Below, piece by piece: positions 37,812-50,760 of a stretch of DNA of 64,000 bases. A program made the position numbers and the translations under genes. The number at the start of each line of letters is the position of its first letter. Position 1 is the stretch's first letter. The stretch covers positions 19,796,350-19,860,349 of the forward strand of contig NC_068981.1 of the NCBI RefSeq assembly GCF_001194135.2. The letters run 5' to 3'. Source of the DNA: Octopus bimaculoides (taxonomy: Eukaryota). The notes beneath the pieces are model-generated. The model was not told the DNA's origin. It saw nothing but the letters and a program-made list of their open reading frames with translations, and searched no databases.

Positions 37812-38030
37812 AGTGGGTTGGCGAAATCAATAGAACATAGGAGAAAATAACTTGTAACGATCTTCTACATTCTACATTCAACTTCCAATAATGAATTAGC
37901 AAGAGTTCAAACTGAGCCGAGGTCATCTTTGTTCCACACCTTTACAATGTCAATAAATTTAGTAACAGTTAAAGTATCGGGGTTGGTTTAATTCCTAACT
38001 TAGGTGCAAGGCCTCAAATTTGGTGTGATG
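37812..38030 (+). mobile_element. Family N SINE, old copy
   Basis: gagttcaaactgagccgaggtcatctttg...aataaatttagtaacag. Confidence 0.6.
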
Positions 38031-39989
38031 TGCCTAAGTTAGAAATCAACTTTATTAGAAATTACTGCAACAAAGAAAAAAAGGAACATAAATATTGAAT
38101 TTAAAGGGAAGATTCACTTGTCAGAAAGAGAAAGTGAAGAAAGCAAACAAAGGTGAGATAGGGGGGGGGGTGAGAGATATGAGGCTGAATGGACGTTGAT
38201 CTATAAACAGACTTGCACTTGAAAATACAACCTACATATTTTTGGCAAACAAAGGGGAAAGTAGTAGGGTCGATTTAATTGACAAAAGCCATTTGAGTTG
38301 TGCATATGTCAGAAATGAATACTTTCTGTTCTTAGAATTCCATCCACTCTGTACACAATATGACTGTAGTAGTACGAAGATCAAAGAAGTCTTTTAGTAA
38401 AGTAGTTAGATAAGATTTTGAATGTCAATCTCTAAGATAGAACTAGACAGAAACGAAAATTCTCTCAAAGAAATTCTACAGATCTGTCCAACCCATCCAA
38501 TAAACTGATAGTGATATTACTGATGTTTTTGAAGTATTTTGTTTTGGTGTACCTACAGGGAATCATACTGTTATATATATTTCCATACACATATTAGGTA
38601 TAGGGAAAAAATTATTTTTTATTTGTGCATCAACAAAGAGTAAAGTTTCTAGTTCACCCAGTACGCATCATATACAATCAGCTAATTATTAATATATGTA
38701 ATAATCCACATTGCATTTTTCATTTGCTACAAGTATTTATGTTGCATGCAAGAAATAGTTTGTGCTTGTCATGTTCTTCATTTAAGGAAATTGATTTTTC
38801 AAATTCTTTTCAGAATTCTTAGCCGCAAGAAGTCAATTTTGCAAACATATTACTATTATTTAAAGTGAAATATTCTATATGATGTTTGATATTTATCATT
38901 TCTTTATATATATATTTATTCTGCTAAACTCTAAAGCTAGTAGACTTTCGTGCAACTGATAATTTTATGGAACACATTTTTATCAGCTAATCAGCTACAG
39001 ATTCATTATATCAATCATATAGTTTAATAGGGACAGAAATGACTTCAGTCAGCCTCCAGCATCCAGCACTATGTATCTGAAATATTTGTTTATGGCAATT
39101 ACTGAAGACTTGTTATGAAAGTTAACTTCTCTCACAAATTTTGTTTGCATGAATAAGAAAATAATTTCTATTCAAATTTCTTTGAGAGATTATCATAGTT
39201 TTGACACGTTTCAATTTTATAGTCTTCAGTATACAATGACTTATTTTATTAAGTTAATTTCTGTTTTAGAAATTAAGTAGCTTAAAAATTGCATTATTTA
39301 AGCTTTAACCTTCGCATCACAATAGTTTGTAGCATTCAAAATAATGGATATTTTAAAAATTGTTTTGCTTTATCTTTTGGCACAGGCTTGGCCTGTATGT
39401 TTGAGGTTTTTACTTTCCACTTACATAGTTCTGGGTTAATCCTACTATGCTGCAGCTTGGACAGGTATTTATTTTATTTATTGTTTGTTTGTTTTTCTTT
39501 TTCTACCAAATCTCAGAAGGATTCTACACATTTTCTGTTCTTTGAAAGTAGACTTAAACCATTACCCAGTATAATCCTTTTTGGTACCAAAGCATCTGAG
39601 ATTGCATCTAGTTATATGATACCAATCTCCTGTTTTAAAAGTGAATTAAAAATTTAACATTGAAATTTCACATCAGTTATATTCAAAACACTTGCTTAAT
39701 AACAACACATATATTTTACTAAATTTCTTATTATTTTCAAATTGATTGAAACATAGGCAGAGTATTTCAACAGAAATATAATAACAGAAGTGTTAAGGTG
39801 ACCTTTAGAAGTATCCATTCTGTTGCAAGCATTTTGGGACAGGGTTCTAATTTTAGGATGACTTGTTCTATTTCTCATACTGGTATGGAAAGAAGCATAA
39901 GCACTTGTTTTTGTGTAAGGTGTTATCAAAGCAAGAAAATCAAAAAACAAAAAAAAAACTCAATTTAACCTCATCATTATTATTTACTG

Positions 39990-40180
39990 TCTGTCCTCCA
40001 TGCTGGCAGGGGTTGGATAGTTTGACAGGAGCTAGCAAGCCGGAGTGCTGCACCAGGCTCCATTGTCTACTTTGGCACGGTTTCTACAGCTGGATGCCCT
40101 TCCTAACACTAACCACTTTACAGAGTGTACTGGGTGCCTTTTATGTGGCACCAGCAATGGTGCTTTTTGCATGGCACCAA
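39990..40180 (-). mobile_element. Family D retroposon
   Basis: ccatgctggcaggggttggatagtttgacagg...ggatgcccttcctaacactaaccactttacagag...ttttatgtggcaccagca. Confidence 0.85.
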
Positions 40181-40954
40181 CTCCAGCAGGGTCGCTAAGC
40201 TGCTTGCGAGACAAAGACCTCTCTGCTGGGAGAGGGAAAAGGAACTGCAGGAAATGGCTTTGTGTCAGGTGAGAGGTTAGAGAATAATAGAGGGATAAAT
40301 GAAGATAAGTGTCTTAATCTAGAGGAGACAGTAGGAAAATAAAGGAGAGAAAGGTAGAGAAATAGTCTTGTGAGAGAAGAGAGAAATAAATGGTGTTGGA
40401 GATGTGTCAAGACCTATCTTCAGGCTGCACTAGGGCAGAGTATAAGTGGTTCAGCATGGATAGAGGGGGATGTTCCATCAATGGATAATTAGTGATACAA
40501 AGGCTAAACCTTGTCCATTATTTTATTTTCTGAAACAACATAATAAATACCAGATGTAAAAATTTAAATGTAATTTCATACTTAGTTTTCTAACTTCATT
40601 CTGTGTAAGCTGTATATAGTCATGTTACAGGTATCTAGTGCTGATTGTTCTAATTATTTCCTTTTCTCATAGAAAATTATGCCATAATTATGACATTCTT
40701 CTCAGCAAGATGTCATTTTTACTCACATTGTCTACTATAATAGTTTCCTTAATTAGACAGATTGATTACTGATTTTATTATTTCCTGATTTCTTGTTGAT
40801 ATTGTGAATCAGTGGAGCATGCTAATTTTACATTGAAATAAAAGGTTGTTCAGCAACTGAACACTCATGTCAGATTATATATACATTATAGATTGGTTCC
40901 CAATAAAAATGTTTTAATTTTCCATCTAAAAATAATGGCTATGGCTCATTTACA

Positions 40955-41540
40955 GGAAAGGAAACTTGTTGCTAACTGCTGCTTGTGGGAGGAGGTGTGT
41001 AGTAGGGAAGTATTTTAGGAGACTTGTTGCTATTAACTGCTATGAAAGTGAAGTGGAAATGAAACATTACAGGAGATTTCTATCTTCTGTATGAGAGAGG
41101 TGTGGTAGAAGTATTTTAGAAGACTTGTTGCAAACCTCTCTATGAAGAAGGTGTGGTCACAGTGTTTCAGGAGACTTGTTGCTAACCACTGCATAATAGA
41201 GGAGGTGTATAGTAGAGAAGAGTTTTAGGGGTCTTGTTGCTAACTTTTGTAAGAAGACTCTCTGGTAGCAGTGTCTCAAGAGACTTGTTGCTATCTTTTG
41301 CAAGAGGGAGGAGGTGCATTGCAGAAAAGTATCATAGGAGGCATGTTGCTAATTTCTCCAAGCGGGAGATATGACACAAGTATTTCAGAAGACTTGTTGC
41401 TAGTTTCTGTAAGAGGGAAGTATGATACAGTTATTTCTGGAAATTTGTTGCTGACTGCTACAACAAAGACATGTAACAGAAACATTTGAGACTTCTGTAG
41501 ACCATGAAACTGTTTTAGCAAAAGGAGGAAGTCCTTGTTA
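40955..41540. repeat. Degenerate minisatellite, 47-58 bp units with conserved GAGACTTGTTGCTA core
   Basis: Core anchors at 40964, 41022, 41076, 41123, 41174, 41232, 41283, 41341, 41392, 41443, 41491. Confidence 0.88.
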
Positions 41541-41835
41541 CTAATTCTTTATGGCAGAAGTGTTAGATAATTGAACAAAATGTTTTGTTCAATTTATTCC
41601 AGCGTTTTACAATCTATGTTCAAATCCAGACAAAGCCTTTCATCCACCTGGGTCAATAAATAAAGCAACACTCTAAGGCAGTGGACTGACAAAATTGTTA
41701 GAATACCTAATGGATTTCCTTGCAATATTTGTTGCAGTTCTTTGCATTCTGAGTTCAAATTCTAGCTTAACTTTCTTGGGTAGAAAACTTGATTTTTGTT
41801 ACAAGCAATCAGATTAAGTTTCCAGCTGGGGAGTG

Positions 41836-41896
<61 letters not shown>

Positions 41897-41993
41897 TCTT
41901 TCTCTGTCTCTCTCTCTCTCCCTCTCTCGTCTTAGAGGCCCTGCGAGGACCATGAGCATTACCCTACCTTCTTGATAAAAAAAATCAACAACA

Positions 41994-42192
41994 NNNNNNN
42001 NNNNNNNNNNNNNNNNNNNNNNNNNNNNNNNNNNNNNNNNNNNNNNNNNNNNNNNNNNNNNNNNNNNNNNNNNNNNNNNNNNNNNNNNNNNNNNNNNNNN
42101 NNNNNNNNNNNNNNNNNNNNNNNNNNNNNNNNNNNNNNNNNNNNNNNNNNNNNNNNNNNNNNNNNNNNNNNNNNNNNNNNNNNNNNNNNNNN
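41994..42192. other. Assembly gap
   Basis: Run of N. Confidence 1.
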
Positions 42193-42212
42193 ATATATAT
42201 ATATATATATAT

Positions 42213-42598
42213 ATAGGTGCAGGTATAGCTGTATGGTTCAGAAGTTTATTTTGCAATCACAAAGTTTTAGGTTCAGTTCCACAGTGCAGCTCCTTGGACA
42301 AGTGCTTTTTACTATAGCCCCAAGTTAACCAATACCTTGTGAGTGAATTTGGTAAATGGAACCTGTGTGTAAGCCTATCATGTGTGTGTTGTGTCTGTAT
42401 CTTTCTGTTTATCCCTTCGCAGCTTCACAACTAGTGTTGATTTGTTTGTCATTGTAACTTAGTGACTAGTCAAAAGGTACAGATGGAATACGTACCAGAC
42501 TTTGAAAACTAAGTTCTGGTGTTGATTTGTTTGTCTAAATCCTTGGTGCTCCATCATGGTCACAGTCCAATAACTGAAACAAGTAAAACATGAAAGAT
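42213..42598 (+). mobile_element. SINE family A, diverged
   Basis: ataggtgcaggtatagctgtatggttcagaag...aactgaaacaagtaaaa. Confidence 0.85.
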
Positions 42599-42642
42599 AT
42601 TTTGAACGTTATTAGTTAGTTTGTAGATTAAGAGATGCCAGT

Positions 42643-42867
42643 TTAACCATTTTGTTGCCATATTTCTGTTTAAAAGCTGCCTTTATTTCAATTTACTTTG
42701 AAATAATAAAGAATGTAGTGAAATAGATGACCTTATTAAGTTTGTGTTTGGAACACAAATTAACATGTAGGGAAAATTTTAATATGGATTAGTTTAAACA
42801 CAAAAGGTGTATCAAAGAACTAAGGGTACAAGGGCAATCACAGGTGGGTTTGTATTAAAAGGGTTAA
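42643..42867. mobile_element. piggyBac-like MITE
   Basis: TTAA at both ends with inverted termini TTAACCATTTTG...TAAAAGGGTTAA. Confidence 0.55.
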
Positions 42868-43794
42868 AAGTTCGTGTGTACAAGTTCTGGTAAAATGCAT
42901 TTAATCTTTTTATTACATTCAACTTGATAAATAGGTACCAGTTATGGACTGACTATAAAAATGATTTTCTTTAATCTAATATCATTTATATGACTATGAC
43001 ATTAATAAATAAATATTAAATTTCAGTTGAATAGTTGGGAGTATTTTTGAAGCACAGCTACAATATTTTAGGAATTTGATGAATTTTATCAAAACGTTAC
43101 ACTTGCATATTTTATCTGAAAATCTATGAAATTTAAAAATGAACGAAAGGAAATAACCTTTCTCTCTCGTTCTTTCTTTTCAACCCCTCTCTTTCTCTCC
43201 CTTTTTCTCTCGTTCTTCTCAACCCCCTTCTCAATTTTGTAATATAAAGTTTACATAGCTACATAACATTAACCCCGCTTTATTTACTGAATTTTTGAAT
43301 TTTCAGTGAGATAACATTTAAAATGAAAATATTTAGGTAGATTATGGGGGGGAAAAAAAAAAGATCAAGCTTACTCCTTACTTATCAAAGAATTCTATCA
43401 GCTGTTTCAGTGTAAAGGACACCTTAAAATATATTTCTTTTTGACAAGTGTCAACTTATTTTTGTTTGTACATAGTTTGGAATTAATAAACAACTTTATA
43501 AATCATTGCCACTAGCTGTGTGTGTGTAAAAATGTATCCATTGCATGTTTGTGTGTGTGTGTGTGTGTGTGTAGGTGGGTTGTATGTTTATAGCATTAAC
43601 AAAATCAAACAAACTAGATCATATTACTGCTTTCAGATATTCTTAGGACAAACTTCAATTTCACTTTTGATTATATGTTTGAATGTTTACTTAGATAGAT
43701 AGATAGATAGATAGATATAAATACACATACATACTTATATAATCAAAAATCAAAAGCAAATCAAGATCGAAATCAAACTGGAAATTGTAGTTTT

Positions 43795-44135
43795 GGCCGA
43801 TGCCAGTGCTGCCTGACTGGCTCTTCATGCTGGTGGCACATAAAAAGCACCATCCAAACGTGATTGATGCCAGTCTCCCCACTTCCCTGACTAGCTCCTG
43901 TGTCGGTAGCACGTAAAATGTGGTCGATGCCAGTGCCGCCTGACTGGCTCTCATGCCGGTGGCATATAAAAAGCATCCACTACACTCTCAGAGTGGTTGG
44001 CGTTAGGAAGGGTATCCAGCTGTAGAAACCTTGCTAGATCAGATTGGAGCCTGGCGCAGCCTATTGGCTTGTCAGTCCCCTAGTCAGACCATCTAACCCA
44101 TGCCAGCATGGAAAACAGACGTTAAATGATGATGA
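43795..44135 (+). mobile_element. Family D retroposon with three internal tandem units of about 60 bp
   Basis: gatgccagtgc(t/c)gcctgactggctc...ataaaaagca units, then gtggttggcgttaggaagggtatccagctgtagaaacc...gacgttaaatgatgatgat. Confidence 0.88.
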
Positions 44136-44163
44136 TATATACATACATACATACATACATACA

Positions 44164-44223
<60 letters not shown>

Positions 44224-44249
44224 CATAAATGAGAGATGGAAGGCAAAAA

Positions 44250-44635
44250 TCAAAATGCCCATTGATGAACCTTTATATGAGTACAAATCTTGTATATAAA
44301 TGCACCTTGCACACAAGGGGAGGGTCGTGTGTTTACATTGGGCAGATGGCTGATTCATTTAAGAATTGTTATCACAACCATGTTGCCACCTTCAAGAGAA
44401 TCAATAAGAGACATTCAACATCTTTGGTCGATTTTGTATGCCAACTGAAGGAAGATAAAATTAAGTATAGCATAACCTGGTCCATAATAAGGCATGCAAA
44501 ACCATACAATATAATTTCCAGGAAATGCTGACTCTGCTCTGAAGAATCCCTGTCTATTCTGAAGACCAATGGAAAGATCATTAATAGAATTTCTGAAAGA
44601 CTCTCAAGATGCCTACACTCATATAAATGTACTTT
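44250..44635 (+). mobile_element. Penelope-like element GIY-YIG endonuclease remnant, second lineage
   Basis: KCPL...NLVYKCTL...VYIGQMADSFKNCYHNHVATFK...STSL...QLKEDKIKYSITWSIIRHAKPYN...KC*LCSEE...N..SE..S.C.H matches the PLE pattern CPL.G.CL...VY.A...YIG.T...FK.R...H...F. Confidence 0.88.
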
Positions 44636-44749
44636 CGCACAATGCAGTGGGAATGAATTTGTGTAACTGTTAAACATAATTTACTTTCAGATATGGATGA
44701 ATTAAGTTTAGCTTCAGCCTCCCTATTCTTATAACTGCCAAGTAGCTAT

Positions 44750-44876
44750 TTAACTCTCACAGACTGTACCCAACTAACCCTACTATACTGTGTAGTCAAC
44801 AAAATCAAAAACAAACAAAGCACACGAGTGAAATTAAAATTATAAAATGGTGACAATTTACCTACCGCACCTTGTA
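44750..44876 (-). mobile_element. Possible Tc1/mariner-type terminus
   Basis: Minus strand reads TA-CAAGGTGCGGTAGGTAAATTGTCACC next to (TA)n; no partner end found. Confidence 0.3.
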
Positions 44877-44889
44877 TATACATATACAT

Positions 44890-44933
<44 letters not shown>

Positions 44934-45004
44934 CCACACATACACCTACTGACATACAAATCGATATAAAATCCATTCAACCTTGCTGTAGGTCTAATAT
45001 GACC

Positions 45005-45300
45005 AAATGATTAAGCTTGCTTCACAATCATGAGGTCTTGACTTCAATTCCATTGCATGACATCTTGGACAAGTGTCTTTTTCTATAGCCTCAAGGTGAC
45101 ACATTTTGTGAGTGAAGTTATGCAGATGGGAACTGTGTGGAAGTTCAGTGCATGGATTTGACCTTGTCTCATTGTGTTACAATGATTTTCCCTTAAGAAT
45201 TATGTTAATGATAAACATACCAGTGGAGTGCTTAGCCACCTACATGTTAATTCGATGAGCTTGGTAGTTCAGTTGACTGAACAAATGAAAACTCATAGTC
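45005..45300 (+). mobile_element. Chimeric SINE: A-type head with B-type body
   Basis: aagcttgcttcacaatcatgagg...ttggacaagtgtc then cagtggagtgcttagccacctacatgttaattc. Confidence 0.65.
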
Positions 45301-45869
45301 TTACATATATATGTGCATGTGTTATATATGTGTGTGCTATAAATGTGTGTTTTATGTGTGTGCATGCATATGTGTATGTATCTTTCTTTGTGTTTATCCT
45401 TGTCATGACATTACATGTTGATTGTAAGTGAGAATCATTGTCATACAAGTGAGATTGTTCCTTTCCAGTCTTTCACATAAAATATGCTATGGAAAATATA
45501 CTTTGCTTAGAAACAGGTGAGGGGTTGGTAACAGGAAAGGCATCCAACCATAGAAAAATTTGCTTCATGAATTTCCATCTGAGCCAGGCAAGCATAGAAA
45601 AGTGACTGTTAAATGTTGACGATTTAATTACAGAAGCAGCCAATTGGCTGTATTATTACAGCTTCAGACAGAATGCTTTGTAGTTATTAGCTCTGGCTGG
45701 TTTGCATTCACAGTTCAAATTTCACTGCGGTCAGCTTTGTCTTTCATTCTTTTCAAGTTAATAAGTAAAATATCAGTCTTACACTGAAGTCAGTTCTTTT
45801 CTTTTTCTAACTCTTTCTCTCTATCAGTCTCTTCCTCTGCTAGAAGAAATTGACTGTGATTAGAGCCAT

Positions 45870-46003
45870 AGAGGGATGGATTCCCCCAGGTCTAAAATGC
45901 CCAAGCTGGAACTCCTACAACTCTGTGAAGGCATACTCTATTTAACTACATATTTACTTGTATCCTAGGAGAGGTGTGGTAGTAAAAAGGTTAAGAACCA
46001 TTG
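45870..46003. mobile_element. hAT-MITE 3' end fragment
   Basis: AAGGTTAAGAACCATTG is the reverse complement of a CAGTGGTTCTTAACCTT-like TIR. Confidence 0.4.
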
Positions 46004-47614
46004 ATCTACATATTCATCTACATATTTACCAGTATATTTTACCTCAAGATGTACTTATGTATTTAGCTGTATATTTTGCTCCATATTTTCCTATGTATAT
46101 CTATGTATATTATTAACCTTAATACTTAACTGTTTATTTACCTATATATTTATATCATTAAATAAGTTAATGAGGAAGATTATTTCGTTGCTTGGTTCAT
46201 TGGAAATAATAACCATAATATATGCCAAATCACTCCTTCTATCTTGAAAGAAAAGCAAATGACACATTGGATAATTTAGTTCTAGATAAACTATACCCAA
46301 AACAAAACAAAAAGTGAGATAGTCATGGTTGGAATGCCTTTGATCATGTATCTGTTCATTCAGGTCTGACCTGGAGCTAAATAACATCAACTGATATCAA
46401 ACAACTTTGTGCTCCATGCTTTCATATATTTTATATATTTCAGTCTGTTTAACATGCAATTTTCAAATTTCTTTGATTCTTCAAACAAGTGATTTGAGTT
46501 TTTTTCACAATAAATTTCTTTATCTTTTTGCACACTTCTTTTTCTGTTAACTTTTTCATGGTCATATTTCAAATGAAACACACTGACTGTATGTTTGAAA
46601 ATAAACGAAAAATTTAGAAAGATTTAATAAAATAAATAACTTTCCCTTTATCTAGTCAGTGTTTGGAACATGACTTTAAAGAAAAAAGGCTCTTGCATAA
46701 ATTTATGAAGGAAAGTATTTTTTAGATTTAATTATGATTTCTTTAAAGCAGGTTGTTTTCTATCAAAGAATAAGTAAGGTTGGCATCTAAAGATTTAATA
46801 CCCATCTCAGTCCTAAAGTTCTATACAAATAATGGAAGTTACAAGTGGTGCTAAAGATTATTTACACACTTCTATAAAAATAAATAAAACCGAAACAAAT
46901 ATTGGTTTCAGTAACAGAATCTTATTAATGACATTTTTAAATTCATGCTTTATAATTTCATATTCCTTAGATTAGACATTAGGTTTATTATATACATTAA
47001 ATGTAATCCCAAATAAATATTTCTCATTCTGAAATAAATGCCATATTTCCAGTTTACAATTCCTTGCACTATGATAGTCGCTACCAAATAATTCTTCTCA
47101 GTCTAATTATCTAACTTTGGTAATGGCGGAACCATCTGCAGATTTCTCACTATCCAAGTTTTTAATGCGCAGCTGAGTCAGTGACTGTGTTTTATCATCT
47201 GTAATGAAAGGTTAGTTGCACCATCATGATAACAACATTGACAGTTATGGAATATTTTTTTTTTCTTCTTCTTTCTGAGATATTTCCTATTCATTAAAGT
47301 CTGAATCAACTAGTATCAGATGTAGAAAGTATATTGTACAAAAAAACAAAAAAACAACAAAAAAACTGTCTGTTCCAATAATGGATTAGAATAATGTACT
47401 TTAGCACTTCAGATTGCATATTTTCTTCTCCTTGAGCTTTTATTTCTTCTTCTTTACATTAAGTTGGTGACTTCCCTTTTCACATTTCATTATTATTATC
47501 TCTGCAAGTTGGACTTCGATTTCACATCTTTTATTATAAATAGCACTGCACAACATGTTTGTTTCTAAAGTAAACTTGTAGCACGGCATAGTTCTATTGT
47601 TTAAAATGAGTCAC

Positions 47615-47810
47615 TGAGGAAGCCTCTACATAGTTGCTTGACCTGCTAGAAACAACAACCACATCTCCCTTAAATCATACCCTACTGTTTTATGAAAGAC
47701 ACACAAAGTATAATGTAGTCCAAAAGATAAGAAAAAAGATGAGGGTCACAGCTGGAATGCCCTTGATAATACATTGGCTCAATTAGAGCTGACCTGGAAC
47801 TAAACTGCAA
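47615..47810 (+). mobile_element. Family C repeat, near full length
   Basis: gaggaagcctctacatagttgcttgacctgctagaaacaacaacc...gctggaatgcccttgat...agagctgacctggaactaaac. Confidence 0.8.
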
Positions 47811-49739
47811 CACCAAAATTTTTATCTAGTCTTTTATTTCCACAGAACTACAGCCATTAGGTTGTTTCCTTATTCACTCATGTTTTCCCTTTGACCACTA
47901 AACAGCTTATGGCTAGCAAACTGCCATCTCAGCCAAAAGCTAATGTCTCCTGTCTATTCTCTTCTGTTTTTCCTCTCATTCACTGAAACTTTATACTCAT
48001 GTTTCATGTCCATGTCAGTAGTGCAGTGGCGGTGCTGCCATTGCTATTTCTCTTGCATTTTCTATTAAGTATCGTTCATTATTCTTGTCATATGTATAGC
48101 TTCATGCATTTGTAGTAATGTTGCATCATGTGGGTGTATGAATACAATTTTTACTTCAGTATTATTCAATATGCTGTCATATTTATCCATAGCATTCTGG
48201 TGATCGCGTTGATGAGAACTTAACTGAAGAGGAAAATGTCTTTGGTTCTTTCAGTCTTGTCCACCTTACAATCTCTTTCATAATTGCTACCAGAGGAAAA
48301 CTGCTTACCTTTCCCTACCCAAAGGAACACAATAGAGTAGACCTCACTATGAACTTTGCTGACAACAGCTGTTTGACATAACTCAACAAGTCAGCAATAC
48401 TTAGATGCTGGACAATAATGGCATTTTGGAGAGGCTTGTCTGACACCACTTCTGTGCCTAAAGGATCTATCCTGAACTAACTATATCCCTCAAGTGAGAC
48501 TACCAAGTTAGAGATTTCTGTGAGTTGCTATAGTTCCCAGATCAAAAGTCTTGTATAATAGACTGTTCAGTTGACCTTCATTGATACTTAGTACTTTTCT
48601 GAGATCATTTTTGCTCTTGCTCACAACTAATTCTAAGGTGCACGCCAGGATAAGATATTTCTATTGCAGACCTACAGTTACACATGCAGCAAATCTCTTC
48701 TCTCCATACCATTGATACTACCGAAAGAAAAGGCAAGCACCAGCAGTAGTGCTTGATTCCAGTGTCATCACAGATTGACTCAAAACATGAAGAACCAGAA
48801 CATATATTACAAAGCATTTTCTCCTGCTCTCTAACAATTTTATCAGTACCCACCCTATATTCATTTCTTATTTTATTGGCCCCCAGAAAGAAGGAAGGTA
48901 AAGTATGTACATTTATACTTACCTTAATAACACAGCTCTCGGTGAGATCTTGATATCTTTATCATGTAATAACATAATATTACTGAGAGTTTAATTCAGT
49001 AATAATAACAACACTAACAAAACAACTGCTATTTCTAGCTAAAGGCAATTTTCTTAAATACCAATAAATGTGTAATTTCTGGTAATTTTTGCAGTGAGAA
49101 ATTTTGTAGTATTATTAAATAACAATTAGGAAAAATGTATTTTCTTATAACTTAAGCCTGAAATTTATAGAATTAATATTAATTAATTTAGAAAATTTAA
49201 TTTCTATGGCTACCTTTTTTTTTTTAATTCCAAACTCACAAACTCAAAAACATGTAACACACTGTTGAACATTGTTCCACTGTTATAAATCTATATTAAT
49301 AAAGTTTAGATCGATAAATTAAAATATTTTCCACAGTTATGATACACAATCTATGTTTTGTTTTAATATATGACACACACAGTACTGTGTGTGTGTTTGT
49401 TAATATCTGTATTTCATATGTATGTGTGCAAGTCTGCATGAGTGCATGTATTCACTGTTTGCATGGATCTTGTGTGTGTTTGTGTGTCTGAATACTTGTA
49501 TTTGTGTCTGTGCATTTATGTGTGCGTATGAGTCCAAATGTATGCATGATATGTACATGTGTGTGTTTGATAGTCAAGCAAATTTAGGTATAAAAACAAC
49601 AGCAGACAAAACCAGCTAATCAATCAACCAAACATAATTAGCAAACAAAGGGTTCTCTAGAAATAGTAGCCATATTTCTTTAACATCATATCCTGCAATG
49701 TTTAAAAAAGAAAGACTCATTTGATCTGCTGTCAGATAT

Positions 49740-50128
49740 GTTGTTGTCGTTGGCACTCCGTCGCTTACAACGTCGAGGGTTCCAGTTGATCCGATTAACG
49801 GAACAGCCTGCTTGTGAAATTAACGTGCAAGTGGCTGAGCACTCCACAGACACGTGTACCCTTAATGTAGTTCTCGGGGATATTCAGCGTGACACAGTGT
49901 GACAAGGCTGATCCTTTGAATTACAGGCACAACAGAAACAGGAAGTAAGAGTGAGAGAAAGTTGTGGTGAAAGAGTACAGCAGGGTTTGTCAACATCCCC
50001 TGACGGAGCCTCATGGAGCTTTAGGTGTTTTCGCTCAATAAACACTCACAACGCCCGGTCTGGGAATCAAAACCACGATCCTATGACCGGAGTCTGCTGC
50101 CCTAACCACTGGGCCATTGCGCCTCCAC
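49740..50128 (-). mobile_element. SINE family B, full length and young
   Basis: High identity to 5618-6002; perfect 12-bp TSD gctgtcagatat at 49728-49739 and 50129-50140. Confidence 0.93.
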
Positions 50129-50454
50129 GCTGTCAGATATATACCATGTGTAAAAGACAATGCTGGATAGTCAGAGAAGAGCTCTTTCATTGTAGATTTG
50201 CTGGATGAACTGATGAGGAAGCCACTACGATAGACTATTGTCCTACCCAAGGCAAGGTTTATTTCTCATCCACTTAAATCTGTATTAATCAGAGATTTAA
50301 GAAAAATGTTTACCATCTTTTATTACAACTCAGAGAAATATCTTCCAATTTCACTTGTGAGGTAATGGTTAATTTCTTACATCTCATTCTCTGTGATGTT
50401 ATGATGTAAATATCTTGTTATTAAATGTATTTTATATCAATATAAGGGATTCAT

Positions 50455-50760
50455 GGATGCAGCATGGCTGAATGGTTAAGATGTTTGCTTCACAATCATG
50501 AGGTCCTGGATTCTATCTCATTACATGACATCTTGAGCAAATGTCTCTTATCATAACGTAGGTGCAGCTTAAACCTTGTGAAATTGGGTAGATGTAAGCT
50601 GTGCAGAAGCCCCTCATATGGATTTACCTGTAATTCAAGGGTACAGTTTTGTCATACATAATAGCATGCTAATCTGCCTGCTGATTATGTTATGAGTGTA
50701 CATTTTTGTAGCCACTTAAAAGTTAATTCAATGAGAAGGTTATTCATGTGATCAAACAAC
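50455..50760 (+). mobile_element. Chimeric SINE: A head with B body, old copy
   Basis: Same layout as 45005-45300. Confidence 0.55.

Noticed and set aside
40955-41540. CRISPR array interpretation
   Set aside because: Eukaryotic context, degenerate repeats, mutually homologous spacers and no cas genes
48190-48900. Several 50-60 codon open frames on both strands
   Set aside because: No motif recognised, and no consistent exon structure
50210-50245. Hammerhead-like CTGATGAG...GATAGACTATTGTC
   Set aside because: GAAA is absent and stem I cannot pair
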